64,000 nucleotides of DNA. Origin: Clostridia bacterium. GTDB lineage: Bacteria; Bacillota; Clostridia; Oscillospirales; CAG-382. The position numbers and the translations under genes were made by a program. The stretch is from positions 721 through 64,720 of the forward strand of contig JAFTTN010000088.1 in the NCBI GenBank assembly GCA_017466805.1. The letters are read 5' to 3'. Of the stretch, positions 51,381-61,167 are shown piece by piece. The notes under the pieces were generated by a model. That model had not been told where the DNA came from. It worked only from the letters and a program-made list of their open reading frames with translations, and ran no database searches. Numbering within the stretch: position 1 is the first letter of the stretch; every line of letters starts with the position of its first letter.

Positions 51381-52004
51381 TTATTCAAAAACTTTCATTT
51401 CATTTGAAAGTCTTTTTATTTCTTGTTTCGTTTTGCTATACAATACCAGAAGATATACACCCATTATGCCGCATATCATTCCAAGAATTGCAAATACGCA
51501 AATCAGGATAAAACCTAACTGATCTTTTTGGATTATTTCGTAAAGCTTTTCCGGCGCATATTTTAATAATTTAATAATTGCAGGAATGAGATGTATTTCC
51601 GGAATAACTGAAACCGCAAACGAAACGAACAAAGCAGCCAATCCGCGCTTTCTTGTATTGTTTAATCTCTTTTTAGAATCAAGCTTACTTTGATTGTCTG
51701 TTAAAAAATCGATGTTTTCCGAACCGATAGGAATATTAATATAGAACAAAATATTCTTGCCCTGATCTGTTTGATTCGCTATATCGCAACCGCATTCTAT
51801 AACTGTACGTACAAATGTTGTTTGATGCTGTCTATCTGCAAAATAGAGTACGGTCATATATTCATTGGGCTTGGTTTTTACAAATGTATAGAAAGCAAAT
51901 CGAACAGAAGAAAGCCTCCACCCCTGTTTATTCATTTCGTTAAGATACGCTTCTTCTTTTTCTCGACTGACAAAAGCTTTAAATACAGTTTTTTTGTTTT
52001 TCAT
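51381..52004 (-). CDS. DUF2812 membrane protein
   Basis: KEEAYLNEMNKQGWRL...YTF; two C-terminal TMs; follows padR. Confidence 0.8.
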   Translation of the reverse strand: MKNKKTVFKAFVSREKEEAYLNEMNKQGWRLSSVRFAFYTFVKTKPNEYMTVLYFADRQHQTTFVRTVIECGCDIANQTDQGKNILFYINIPIGSENIDFLTDNQSKLDSKKRLNNTRKRGLAALFVSFAVSVIPEIHLIPAIIKLLKYAPEKLYEIIQKDQLGFILICVFAILGMICGIMGVYLLVLYSKTKQEIKRLSNEMKVFE

Positions 52005-52006
52005 AA

Positions 52007-52324
52007 TTACATCTCCTCTCTATTGAAGTAAAGATTTGCATTTTGGGTCAGTTCTTCCAATCGCCTAATCTCATTTTCTATAATTTCTGTTCCGAGCTCA
52101 GTACGAACATAAAGCCGTTTTGAAAGATCATCCGACTTGACTTCGGTTATGTAATCTTTTTCCACCAAGACACTTAATGCACCATACAATGTACCAGCGC
52201 CCATATTTATTCTTCCTTGGGTTAAGGTCTTAATATTTTGCATAATTGCATAACCATGTAAAGGTTTTGAAAGCGAAAGTAGTATATAAAATACCGTTTC
52301 GGTTAAAGCAGGATATTTATTCAT
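52007..52324 (-). CDS. PadR-family regulator
   Basis: LTETVFYILLSL..PLHGYAIM...GAGTLYGAL. Confidence 0.92.
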   Translation of the reverse strand: MNKYPALTETVFYILLSLSKPLHGYAIMQNIKTLTQGRINMGAGTLYGALSVLVEKDYITEVKSDDLSKRLYVRTELGTEIIENEIRRLEELTQNANLYFNREEM

Positions 52325-52344
52325 TGAATGCACCTTCCTTTCGA

Positions 52345-52420
52345 TGTATCGTTTCCCGATATATCGCGTTACGATATATCGCTTGACTATATAATACTAT
52401 ATCGTTTCCACTTTGTCAAT
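52345..52420 (-). promoter_or_regulatory. padR promoter with tandem operator dyads
   Basis: Abutting TATCG-N5-CGATA-like dyads; -35 TTGACA on the minus strand at ~52415-52420. Confidence 0.65.
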
Positions 52421-52505
52421 ACCCTATCACAATAAAATTAGTATTTGTTTTACCGAGAATATATAAAGCTTATTCGTATCAAAATTTGATACGCAATAGA
52501 CAAAG

Positions 52506-52534
52506 AAACCGCCGAGGAATTCTCGGCGGTGTTT
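52506..52534 (-). terminator. Conserved terminator hairpin, copy 3
   Basis: ACCGCCGAG-GAATT-CTCGGCGGT preceded by CAAAGAAA. Confidence 0.8.
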
Positions 52535-52605
52535 AATTGTTTTTATTCAATGACTCAGGCATTTAATAATTCAATTGTCATCCTCATCAAAATATATACA
52601 CTGTT

Positions 52606-53907
52606 TCAAGCATTCTCCGCAGTTCGTGCAGCTTTCGCGTTTTTCACTATTTCATCTTTTGTCAAGCCGAATGCTTGAGCAATATCGGAAGCATAGCTTT
52701 TACCGCCGTTGCCACGCACAATCTTGAAAATTCGTTTGTGGGAACCCTCATCAATTTGCGCTGTGAGATTATCGATCCCTTCGTGTTCTTCGCTCAAATC
52801 ACATAGCTCATGAAAATGTGTCGCAAATATACCTTTTGAACCTATCTCCAAATAAGCTGTGATAATCTCTGTTGAAATGGCTACAGCTTCTGCAGCATTC
52901 GTGCTTGAAAGTGCTTCATCGAATAAAAACAAGCTGTCTTTGGTGATAAATTTATTAATGCTTTGAATTTTGTTACATTCATCTGAAAGTCGTCCGTGAA
53001 CGTATGAACGCTTTCTTATATCGACGAAATGAATAAATATATTGTCAACAAGATGCAAAACAGCTTTGTTTGCAGGAAGCAACAAGCCCAAATGTAGCAT
53101 AGCATACATTATTCCCACTGATTGTGTGTAAATAGATTTGCCGCCTTGGTTAGGTCCGGTAAGAATATATATAGAATGTTGTTTATCAAAAGAAAGCTCG
53201 TTTTTTACTACATCATTTTTGCTTAAAGCGGACATTGCCAAAACAGGATGATATAGACCTGTTACTTCATCAGAAGTGCTCAAACCGGGTTTGCACACCG
53301 CAAATCCCAATTCGGTCAATTCATATAACACCTTGGTGCAAACCGAAACGAAAGTCCATTCATAAAGAATACCGGATAAATGGCGAAGATTATTTATGAT
53401 ACGTTTTTTTATTATTCCCGACCAAGATTTCAACGAAGAAGATAATACTTTATTCATAGCAGAGTTTATAGAGATACGAATAATATTCAATTCTTCGTTT
53501 GTCAATTTATGATTTAACGGAAGCAGAGGCGCAGGACAATAAAAGTTGTCATTTCCAAAGTCCAATCTCAAAAGCTTATTCAGATAATCACCTGATACAA
53601 AACTCTGTTCGTTGATAGTCAAGACTCCTGCTTCGGAAGGTCTGAGTTGGCTATCAAGATTTACACCAACAGTAATGCTCTTAATGTTTCTGATTTCGTG
53701 AGATTGTTTTTCAACGGCTTTGCAAAGAGTGTCAAAGTCATCGCCCTCGCATAACGGCTTTAATAACTCCCACAAAATCTTCAATGCTTTACTTTTAACG
53801 TTAACACTATGAAAAATATCCTTCATTTTTGTGAGGTATTCAACATAGGCTTGCCTGTGCTTCATTGGACAATTGAGATTCGGATTCGACATCCATAGGT
53901 ACTCCAA
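52606..53907 (-). CDS. MutS domain V ATPase (MutS-related, possibly N-terminally shortened)
   Basis: GLYHPVL, ILTGPNQGGKS, GRLSDEC, FDEALSSTN, FATHFHEL, SYA. Confidence 0.85.
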   Translation of the reverse strand: MEYLWMSNPNLNCPMKHRQAYVEYLTKMKDIFHSVNVKSKALKILWELLKPLCEGDDFDTLCKAVEKQSHEIRNIKSITVGVNLDSQLRPSEAGVLTINEQSFVSGDYLNKLLRLDFGNDNFYCPAPLLPLNHKLTNEELNIIRISINSAMNKVLSSSLKSWSGIIKKRIINNLRHLSGILYEWTFVSVCTKVLYELTELGFAVCKPGLSTSDEVTGLYHPVLAMSALSKNDVVKNELSFDKQHSIYILTGPNQGGKSIYTQSVGIMYAMLHLGLLLPANKAVLHLVDNIFIHFVDIRKRSYVHGRLSDECNKIQSINKFITKDSLFLFDEALSSTNAAEAVAISTEIITAYLEIGSKGIFATHFHELCDLSEEHEGIDNLTAQIDEGSHKRIFKIVRGNGGKSYASDIAQAFGLTKDEIVKNAKAARTAENA

Positions 53908-53925
53908 TAGGATCGCTCATATATT

Positions 53926-54447
53926 TCACCTACTTAAAATTTGTTTTCCTTTTTCGACTTGAGTTGCTAGTTTTTTTCTACTTTCTAAAACAGCTTCCTT
54001 AATATGCTTATCTCTATTACGGCTTGTCGTGTTGTTTGATTGGTAATGAATGATCAAACCTTCTTTTTCAATGACATTTGCCTCCTCTATACTAGCAAAG
54101 ATATCTAATAGTTTTGTAAATTCCTTAATGTTATTTAATGTTAAAATTGCGCCGCTTTTACAAGCGCCCGACCAAATCGGTAATTTGTATGGGTAAAAAT
54201 AGTACTCATCATCTTTTATTTTTTGTAATGTATTAGCAATCTGTTCTAATTCACCAATTAATGCTTTTTTTAGTTGAGTTACTGTATTCCTTGTACCAAT
54301 TATACTTACAAGAGCTTCCACTAACAAAGCAAACCCAAAACCCAAAAACGCCGACAAGAACATCTCTAACCATGCACCATTATCATTCTCGAGTGCGTGA
54401 AGTATTTCCTGCAATATCTCTATTACTTCTTCATTGATTTCGTTCAT
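53926..54447 (-). CDS. Hypothetical single-TM protein
   Basis: AAGGAGG RBS; TM AFLGFGFALLV. Confidence 0.65.
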   Translation of the reverse strand: MNEINEEVIEILQEILHALENDNGAWLEMFLSAFLGFGFALLVEALVSIIGTRNTVTQLKKALIGELEQIANTLQKIKDDEYYFYPYKLPIWSGACKSGAILTLNNIKEFTKLLDIFASIEEANVIEKEGLIIHYQSNNTTSRNRDKHIKEAVLESRKKLATQVEKGKQILSR

Positions 54448-54659
54448 AATCGCCCTCCTTAATTTAATGTATCGTCAAAATCACTTTTAATATCGCACAA
54501 ATAATATTATGAGATTAAAATTTCACATCAATAGATGGTGGAGTAAGATGTCAAAATAACGGAGCGAATGGATTTGCAATAATAAAAACATCATATTTTG
54601 CAACACATATGATTCTTTTCAGAAAACCCGATCAGCCAATTAATTGTTTCAGTTCGATA

Positions 54660-54920
54660 AAACAACTTCGTATTCTACTTTTTTCGCATAAGCGAACTGT
54701 TTGCGGTACTTTTCCATATGCGCGGAGTTCATGTTTTTCAGAATTGTAGGTATATCCGAATGTTGTTCGGTTGTGCCTTTATGTGCAACGTCGCTTTCAA
54801 TGCTTCGGTGAATATATCATTATCGCACTTCTGCGCAGTTGCAAGAATATAAGCATCGTAAAAATCTTTGGAGCGAGTATTGAACATGACTCGACAGAGA
54901 ATTGTTTCGACTATTTTCTG
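54660..54920 (-). pseudogene. Remnant of an AbiEii/AbiGii nucleotidyltransferase toxin
   Basis: Minus strand reads IVETILCRVMFNTRSKDFYDAYILATAQ...FTEALKAT, then after frameshifts KYRKQFAYA; no start or N-terminal half. Confidence 0.7.
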
Positions 54921-54974
54921 ATCTTATAGTTTAGATATCTCACGACCTCAAGCACTATGATTTTTAATAATTGA

Positions 54975-57020
54975 TTATAGTAATATCATTGCTACTAACA
55001 AAAGAATACTTGATGCAATTCCAAAAAGTTCTATCCCAAAACTTGATGTATATCCGCTCACCGACAGCATCAGTGGCAATGATACGAAACCTGCAGTTTT
55101 GATTCCCAAAAGGTAAGCGATATGCGGAACACAGCAAATTCCTATTGACGAAACTACGGTATAAAAATGGTTTTCGGTTCGGTTTGAAAGCGTTATAACA
55201 ATTACCGCAAAGCACAAATACTGCACCACTTTGTAAGCCAACGAGAGCGCAAAATACTCGCCGATGGTGAATTGATTAATTTCGCAAAATTGCGGCAAAC
55301 TGCAGATCGGGGCATTCCACATAGGCAGAGAAAAGCTTAAAGAAATCCAAAGATAATCCACCAAATTAAACAGACCTGTAAAAACGAAAACGAAGGACAG
55401 TGCAGATATTAGCTTTATATGTGTCACCTTGCCTCTGCCGTTTTTGGTTGCGCTTATTATCTTGAACATTCCGGTCGAATATTCCTTTGCAAACAGATCT
55501 CCGCCGAGCAATATTACGATAAGCAGGCATAGATAATCCGCTTCGGCCGAAAACAAACGGTTGTATCCGTTGTCATAAACAAACCAAGGTGTGTTTCCGT
55601 TTTCCTCTATATATTCTGCACGTTCTTCTATCTCGGGCAAAACCTGCTCCTTGAACGTGCATAGATGATATTCTTTAAGAAAGCTTTCATATTCCTCCTC
55701 GGATATCATATCCGAATCAAACATCGCATCATATGTAGAGCGTTGCATAAGTGTTTCATATATATGCATCTTTTCTTTGGCGATATAAGCTTTTTTCTCT
55801 TCGGTAATCGGACCGGCAAGTGCGTCCATATAGGTGCGATAAATGGTGTCCTCTTCGTTATCGAAATAATAAGAGTGCACAGCAATTCCAATTTTCGTGC
55901 AAGCGAGCAAAACCAAAATCACACCGATTCCTGTTGTAAAAATCTTTTTAAGCTCGAACGCGGCTATGCTTTTGGGCGCAGGAAGCTTAAACTCAAACGG
56001 TTTAATTTTACTATTTGCATTTTTGTTTGCATATATACTATACGCAATCGGCAACAAGCAAAAAAGAACCGTAAGCGTCCAAACAGCCACTGCTATCGGA
56101 TTTAAGTTCGAGTCGAACAAATTGATTCCATAAAGCCTTTTGAGGAAAAATTCTCCGTTTGACAGAGAAAACACGTTTATTACGTTGGAAAAAGTATTAA
56201 CGTTGATATAATCAAAGGTAGAGGCGATATAAGACAAGCCGATAAACACACTACAGCCAAGCATTGCAAAAACAGAATTGCAGAAAACACAGCACATTAT
56301 TACAGAAACAGCAAGCACTATAAGCAGTGCCACGCTTTTCATACAAAGCATTATAGCTGCTGCACCCGCAACGCTGACGTTGAAGGGGGAAAGAGCCAAG
56401 TCTTGTATAGACTGAGCTGAGGCACCGAAAGAACTGAAGCCGTTTGTAGAGACTATTACAAGAACGGTTGTCGCAAAGAACGTCAATTCGGCAAGCGAGG
56501 TTACCACAAGCAAAGCCGAAAGCCTTGTTGCAAAAAGCCTTACTCTGCCGTTTTTTGTTGCGCGAACAACTGCTCTTGTTGAATTGTTGTCGTCCTGCAA
56601 AAGCAAAAATGGCACCGAAAACAGAACCAATGCTACCAAAAGGACAAAATCGAAATTATAAAATATAAGCTTATCCCAGCCGATCACAAGCTCTTTGGAT
56701 ATGCTTATATCGATATTTTCCGAATAGGTTTCCATAACCTGCTTTTGAAAACTGCAAACATAGCCGTTTTCGGCATAGCCTGCTGCCAAATTGCTTTTTA
56801 ACGAGGATTCCGCTGAGGATATAACACGGTTTATATCCTGCTTATATCCGCTTTCGGCATAATGCTCTTGGATCAATGCCGCATATTCGTTCTCGGAATT
56901 TTCGTTTGTTGAAGAAATAAAGCATATTAAAAGATTTGCGCTGATAAGGAAGGCAAAAAGAAGCAGAAAAGATCTGCTTCTGATAAGCTTTTTTATTTCA
57001 AACGCAAACAAAGATATCAT
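54975..57020 (-). CDS. ABC transporter permease (two fused ABC-2-type halves)
   Basis: Twice (FE.KK...ATKNGR...) with multi-TM bundles. Confidence 0.85.
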   Translation of the reverse strand: MISLFAFEIKKLIRSRSFLLLFAFLISANLLICFISSTNENSENEYAALIQEHYAESGYKQDINRVISSAESSLKSNLAAGYAENGYVCSFQKQVMETYSENIDISISKELVIGWDKLIFYNFDFVLLVALVLFSVPFLLLQDDNNSTRAVVRATKNGRVRLFATRLSALLVVTSLAELTFFATTVLVIVSTNGFSSFGASAQSIQDLALSPFNVSVAGAAAIMLCMKSVALLIVLAVSVIMCCVFCNSVFAMLGCSVFIGLSYIASTFDYINVNTFSNVINVFSLSNGEFFLKRLYGINLFDSNLNPIAVAVWTLTVLFCLLPIAYSIYANKNANSKIKPFEFKLPAPKSIAAFELKKIFTTGIGVILVLLACTKIGIAVHSYYFDNEEDTIYRTYMDALAGPITEEKKAYIAKEKMHIYETLMQRSTYDAMFDSDMISEEEYESFLKEYHLCTFKEQVLPEIEERAEYIEENGNTPWFVYDNGYNRLFSAEADYLCLLIVILLGGDLFAKEYSTGMFKIISATKNGRGKVTHIKLISALSFVFVFTGLFNLVDYLWISLSFSLPMWNAPICSLPQFCEINQFTIGEYFALSLAYKVVQYLCFAVIVITLSNRTENHFYTVVSSIGICCVPHIAYLLGIKTAGFVSLPLMLSVSGYTSSFGIELFGIASSILLLVAMILL

Positions 57021-57880
57021 ATTTCACCGAATATTTCAAAATATCTGTCTTCTAAAGTTGCCGCAACCGATCTCGCGTTTTCCTGCGGGCAGTTGTGGGA
57101 AAGTATTCGCACAACAGAGCTTTCTTCTCCGTTGTTTATGCTTATTATATTGTTATTTTTGTTAAGGTTGCTTAGTTGATTTTTGGGAACGCTGATCTCC
57201 CACACTTTGCCGTTTGATTTTTGCGCCAATTCGGTCGGTGTGCCGTTTTCGGCGATGCAGCCTTTTTTTAGCATTATTACCCGACTTGCAAAGGCTTCTA
57301 TATCAGAAACGATGTGAGTTGCAATTATGACCGTTTTGTCAACGGCAATTCTTGATATGAGATTGCGGACGATGATTCTTTGCCGGGGGTCCAAGCCAAC
57401 GGTGGGTTCGTCGAGTATAATAAGCTCCGGTTTGCCCGCCAGTGCCTGCACCAACGAGAGTCTTTGCTTCATGCCGCCAGAAAGTGCTTTGATTTTCATA
57501 TTTGAAACATCGAAAAGTTCGACCTCGTTAAGAAGGTCGGATATTATGCTTTCGACTTCTTTGCTATCTATTCCTTTTAGAAGCGACATATATTTCATGA
57601 ACTCGTAAACCGTAAACTGAGGATACATTCCCGGCGTTTGCGGCATAAAGCCAAGCGTTTCCCTGAATTCCTTTCCGTCGCGCAAAACGTCTTTGCCGTT
57701 GTACATAACACTTCCACAATCGGCTTTCAGATTGCCCGTTATAATATTCATAAGGGTAGATTTGCCGCTCCCGTTAGGACCTAACAGAGCGTATATTCCG
57801 TTGTTGAAGGTATAACTGAACTGCGACAAAGCCTTGACTTTACCATAGGACTTGGAAAGCCCGTTAATCGTCATATTCAT
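57017..57880 (-). CDS. ABC transporter ATP-binding protein
   Basis: GPNGSGKST, LSGGMKQR, ILDEPTVGLDP, THIVSD; exact start uncertain (57880 or 57892). Confidence 0.95.
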   Translation of the reverse strand: MNMTINGLSKSYGKVKALSQFSYTFNNGIYALLGPNGSGKSTLMNIITGNLKADCGSVMYNGKDVLRDGKEFRETLGFMPQTPGMYPQFTVYEFMKYMSLLKGIDSKEVESIISDLLNEVELFDVSNMKIKALSGGMKQRLSLVQALAGKPELIILDEPTVGLDPRQRIIVRNLISRIAVDKTVIIATHIVSDIEAFASRVIMLKKGCIAENGTPTELAQKSNGKVWEISVPKNQLSNLNKNNNIISINNGEESSVVRILSHNCPQENARSVAATLEDRYFEIFGEI

Positions 57881-58994
57881 ACTTAAATCCATAGTGGTCG
57901 GTTACGAAAAATTCGCTTTGAAAAGCGTTAAGCCCCGTCACACGTTTCCATTCGCCCGTTTTTATGTTGAAGATAAGGTAAATCGGTTTTGCGGCGAGAA
58001 CGATTCCGTCCCTTATATCTAATTTACTTCCTTTGAGCAAGATATAGTTACCACAAAGGCTGTTGTTTGCATATTCAAACGATAAATTATAGTATCCCGA
58101 TTTCTCAAAACCGCCTACTTCAATTAAGTTTCCACTATCATAATCAAAATACCGAATAATATCCGGATGATGCTTTATGATCTTGTTTTCTGTTCCGTCG
58201 CTATTTTGAATGGAACCAATGGCTTCATATACGTTTTCTATAACAAATGCGCCGTTTGGCATACTTTGAACACTAGCTGAATACGGAAACTTGTCCTTTT
58301 TTCCATCAATGATGCTATAAAGCGCCTGTTCTTGAGTATTAAACAAAAGGTAATTATCTCCGTAGCCGTAAATTGTTTCGTTGCGTTCTTGGATATATTC
58401 TTTTATGTTCAAGAATTCGAAATCACTATGAATAATAGCAGTATCTGTCATCCAAATAAAACCGGTTTCATCAGTCTGTATATAAGTAAGCGTTCCTGAG
58501 TCTATTTCTTCGCCTATAACCGAATAATTTGAAAGGTTGCTTATTGGCGCGGATATAACACGGCATTTTGCGACGAGATTTCCGTTGTTATCTTTTGATG
58601 CAAAACAATTAGGAAAATATATGTATTCTCCATGCCGGAAAACGTTATTCAGCACACCCGGAATTTGAAACATTGTGTCAACTTCACCATTTATAAGATC
58701 GGCATTACAAACTATAGAATAGCCGTCCTTGTTCTTTATAAAAATAATATTATTGTTATCAAGCGATATGATTGTATCCGAATCTGATGAATAAGGACAG
58801 TCGGTTTGTATGTGTTTACAAATTGGATCGGGACACAAAGGGGTTGCAATAGCGGTCGCCACATCTATTTTTGCAATAATGCCGTCAACTCGTAAATAAA
58901 TATAACCCGATTGAATTTCTGCTGATTTTTTGTTGCAAGCAGATAAAGTTACAATTACCACAAATGACAAAAGCAAAGACAAAAATTTTTTCAT
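57864..58994 (-). CDS. Lipoprotein, probable beta-propeller with a Cys-rich motif
   Basis: MKKFLSLLLSFVVIVTLSAC lipobox; PLCPDPICKH...DC motif; beta-rich repeats. Confidence 0.7.
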   Translation of the reverse strand: MKKFLSLLLSFVVIVTLSACNKKSAEIQSGYIYLRVDGIIAKIDVATAIATPLCPDPICKHIQTDCPYSSDSDTIISLDNNNIIFIKNKDGYSIVCNADLINGEVDTMFQIPGVLNNVFRHGEYIYFPNCFASKDNNGNLVAKCRVISAPISNLSNYSVIGEEIDSGTLTYIQTDETGFIWMTDTAIIHSDFEFLNIKEYIQERNETIYGYGDNYLLFNTQEQALYSIIDGKKDKFPYSASVQSMPNGAFVIENVYEAIGSIQNSDGTENKIIKHHPDIIRYFDYDSGNLIEVGGFEKSGYYNLSFEYANNSLCGNYILLKGSKLDIRDGIVLAAKPIYLIFNIKTGEWKRVTGLNAFQSEFFVTDHYGFKYEYDD

Positions 58995-59079
58995 ATTAAA
59001 CTCCATTCTATAGCGCGCTTTTATAGTTTTTAATTAAGTGGTTATTGACTATGTATTAGACATTGAATTGCTTTTAGAA

Positions 59080-59526
59080 TCAACCGAAATTCCACGGAAC
59101 ATTTCTTTCCGATCTGTATATGCAATCCAAATAATCGGTAGCTGTGCAACTATATTTTGCTTCCAAAATATCCTTCACAGTAAAATTAGGGCTTCTCCAA
59201 TGGGAATCAGAAATCACAGAGCCATCGGGGGAAGATACCGCAGGATACAAATCATCAAAATAACTACGAGAGCCAGTAGACAAAATAATAGCGCCTTTAA
59301 AGCCAATGCTCATGCTTATCGGCTTGTCCATAACCCCATACATTTCACCGTGCAATTCATGCTCGTTATTTTGATTGGTCCAGAGCGAAATATATGCCGA
59401 GGTTATCGCATTGTGTCCAAACATTGTATAGTTGCCAATGTTGTAAGCGTGAGCACTTATGGGTAGAGAAAGAATGATGCTGCACACCAATATAAATGCA
59501 AACGGTTTAAACAACTTATTTTTCAT
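59080..59526 (-). CDS. Sec-secreted small protein of unknown function
   Basis: GGAGG RBS; signal peptide ending AHA; first gene of the operon. Confidence 0.75.
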   Translation of the reverse strand: MKNKLFKPFAFILVCSIILSLPISAHAYNIGNYTMFGHNAITSAYISLWTNQNNEHELHGEMYGVMDKPISMSIGFKGAIILSTGSRSYFDDLYPAVSSPDGSVISDSHWRSPNFTVKDILEAKYSCTATDYLDCIYRSERNVPWNFG

Positions 59527-59653
59527 AAAAACCTCCGTAATAGTTTGTTTAGAATGGGATTAATAAGTATGCGGCAACCGCTAGTATATACCATGGTCTT
59601 TTGACCACGGCTCATTTTATTATTTACAAATATACTTGCCTATGTCAATAGTA

Positions 59654-59681
59654 TGGGATAATGCACAGTCAAAGGGATAAT
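59654..59681 (-). promoter_or_regulatory. Candidate AgrA (LytTR) box upstream of the secreted-protein operon
   Basis: TGTGCATTATCCCA on the minus strand plus a second ATTATCCC 19 bp away, next to TTGACA at 59643-59648. Confidence 0.6.
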
Positions 59682-60250
59682 CGACAATGTATAATGCTCG
59701 CACGCTTAATCAAAACTACCAGTTGAACTGATGTTTTGCACAGCCCCTATAATGGCTATTACCGGCTTAACCCCTAAAGGAGCACCGAAATAATATTATC
59801 GCATCACACGCACTGCAACCCGTAAACGGGTAAATTAAAGGTCCACCTTGTGCATTCACCGCCCAAAAAAATCTTTGATTTTTCGGAGACCCCGTCGCGG
59901 GTTGTCGCCGAAGGTGACTAAAGATCGTTCATTGCGTTTTTCTGTACGCCCTACGGACGCTACAACCCCTTCGTCTTTTGCTTTGCAAAATCCACCCTCA
60001 AAAAGCCGTTGCACTTGACTTGACAATCTAAGGAGGCTTTTTGTTGCTCCGCAACCTTATCTTCCCCCAGTAGAACTGAAGGGTTATTTCCACACCCAAA
60101 GGCACCAATAATTGGTGTTTTTTCCGAAAAAGCACCGAGGAGAAGAAGCCCGATTGCTGAACGTTATGATAAAATATGCAGAAATCGAATTATCGCATAT
60201 CACAAAAATATGTGATATACGACAGTTTGCGCATCGTGTATTGAATTTTA

Positions 60251-60264
60251 TGTGCATTATCCCA
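60251..60264 (+). promoter_or_regulatory. Candidate AgrA box upstream of agrB
   Basis: TGTGCATTATCCCA, identical to the box at 59654-59667 in opposite orientation. Confidence 0.6.
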
Positions 60265-60326
60265 AAATATAGAATATTAACTGTTTAAGTGTTAATATGT
60301 TTTTATAATTAAAATATGGAGCGATA

Positions 60327-60923
60327 ATGCTAAATAAAATTTCAAACAAATTAGCTACTCATTTGGCAAAAAATAAAATTATACAGTGCGACGAAATAAG
60401 CCTGTATGTGTACGGATTCGAATTGCTTATTTCGTTTTTATTTAGCACTCTTACAATAATAGTTTTCGGCATAATTTTTAACTTTATCACCGAAACAGTT
60501 GTCTTTTTGCTCGTCTTTATACTGCTTCGAAGCTATTCGGGTGGATATCATGCATTGACATATTCGTTCTGTACTTGCGTTACGCTTATTGTGTATGCAA
60601 CTACTGTATTATTAAGTCATTGTCTAACAATTACTCGAGAGTTTTTCTTTGTATTAATCGTCGCAGGTATCGTTATATTATCTATCTTTGCGCCTGTAAA
60701 AAACCCCAATAAAGAAATATCTGTCAAACGAACATTGGAATATAAAATTATAAGTATAATTATTTTTTGTATTTTCTCTATATGTGGAATAGTATTATTC
60801 GAAACGCAACCTATAATAAGCAATTCGATTTTCTACACCCTTTGTGCAGACTTGTTGTTAATATTTCCAAAAATCCACAAAATACATTTAGAAAGGAGAG
60901 CCCGCAATGATGAATATCATTGA
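60327..60923 (+). CDS. agrB: Accessory gene regulator B (AIP-processing membrane peptidase)
   Basis: YVYGFELLI, LRSYSGGYHA...C, FAPVKNPNK. Confidence 0.92.
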   Translation: MLNKISNKLATHLAKNKIIQCDEISLYVYGFELLISFLFSTLTIIVFGIIFNFITETVVFLLVFILLRSYSGGYHALTYSFCTCVTLIVYATTVLLSHCLTITREFFFVLIVAGIVILSIFAPVKNPNKEISVKRTLEYKIISIIIFCIFSICGIVLFETQPIISNSIFYTLCADLLLIFPKIHKIHLERRARNDEYH

Positions 60924-61029
60924 TAGAATTCTTGCAATTCTTGCCAAGCATTCTGCAAAGGTTGCAGTCGGAACCGCTTCCTTCTGGAATTCTCATCAAC
61001 CTAAGGAACCCAAAAACTTATCCAAGTGA
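60907..61029 (+). CDS. agrD: AgrD autoinducing-peptide precursor (40 aa)
   Basis: GAAAGGAG RBS inside the agrB 3' end; MMNIIDRILAILAKHSAKVAVGTASFWNSHQPKEPKNLSK has an amphipathic leader and HQPKEP tail. Confidence 0.9.
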   Translation: MMNIIDRILAILAKHSAKVAVGTASFWNSHQPKEPKNLSK

Positions 61030-61035
61030 GAGCAA

Positions 61036-61078
61036 ATAAGCTAGGGGGCATCAGTTACGATGCCTCCTAACTTATTTT
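61036..61078 (+). terminator. Terminator after agrBD
   Basis: ATAAGCTAGGGGGCATC...GATGCCTCCTAACTTAT-TTT. Confidence 0.7.
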
Positions 61079-61083
61079 GATAT

Positions 61084-61111
61084 TTGACTTTTATTGATAT
61101 TATGGTATAAT
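61084..61111 (+). promoter_or_regulatory. sigma-A promoter for agrAC
   Basis: TTGACT-16 bp-TATAAT with extended -10 TG. Confidence 0.65.
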
Positions 61112-61167
61112 TATATTTAAAAATAATAACGTGTTTTTGAAGTATTAACTTCAATAGTTGGTGAAAT

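Noticed and set aside
48786-52534. CRISPR array or classical integron
   Set aside because: Repeats are too long and too few, the intervals are whole genes, and no cas or intI gene or canonical attC site is visible.
59700-60180. Hidden CDS or riboswitch between the divergent promoters
   Set aside because: No credible ORF or recognisable aptamer; only degenerate REP-like palindromes were seen.
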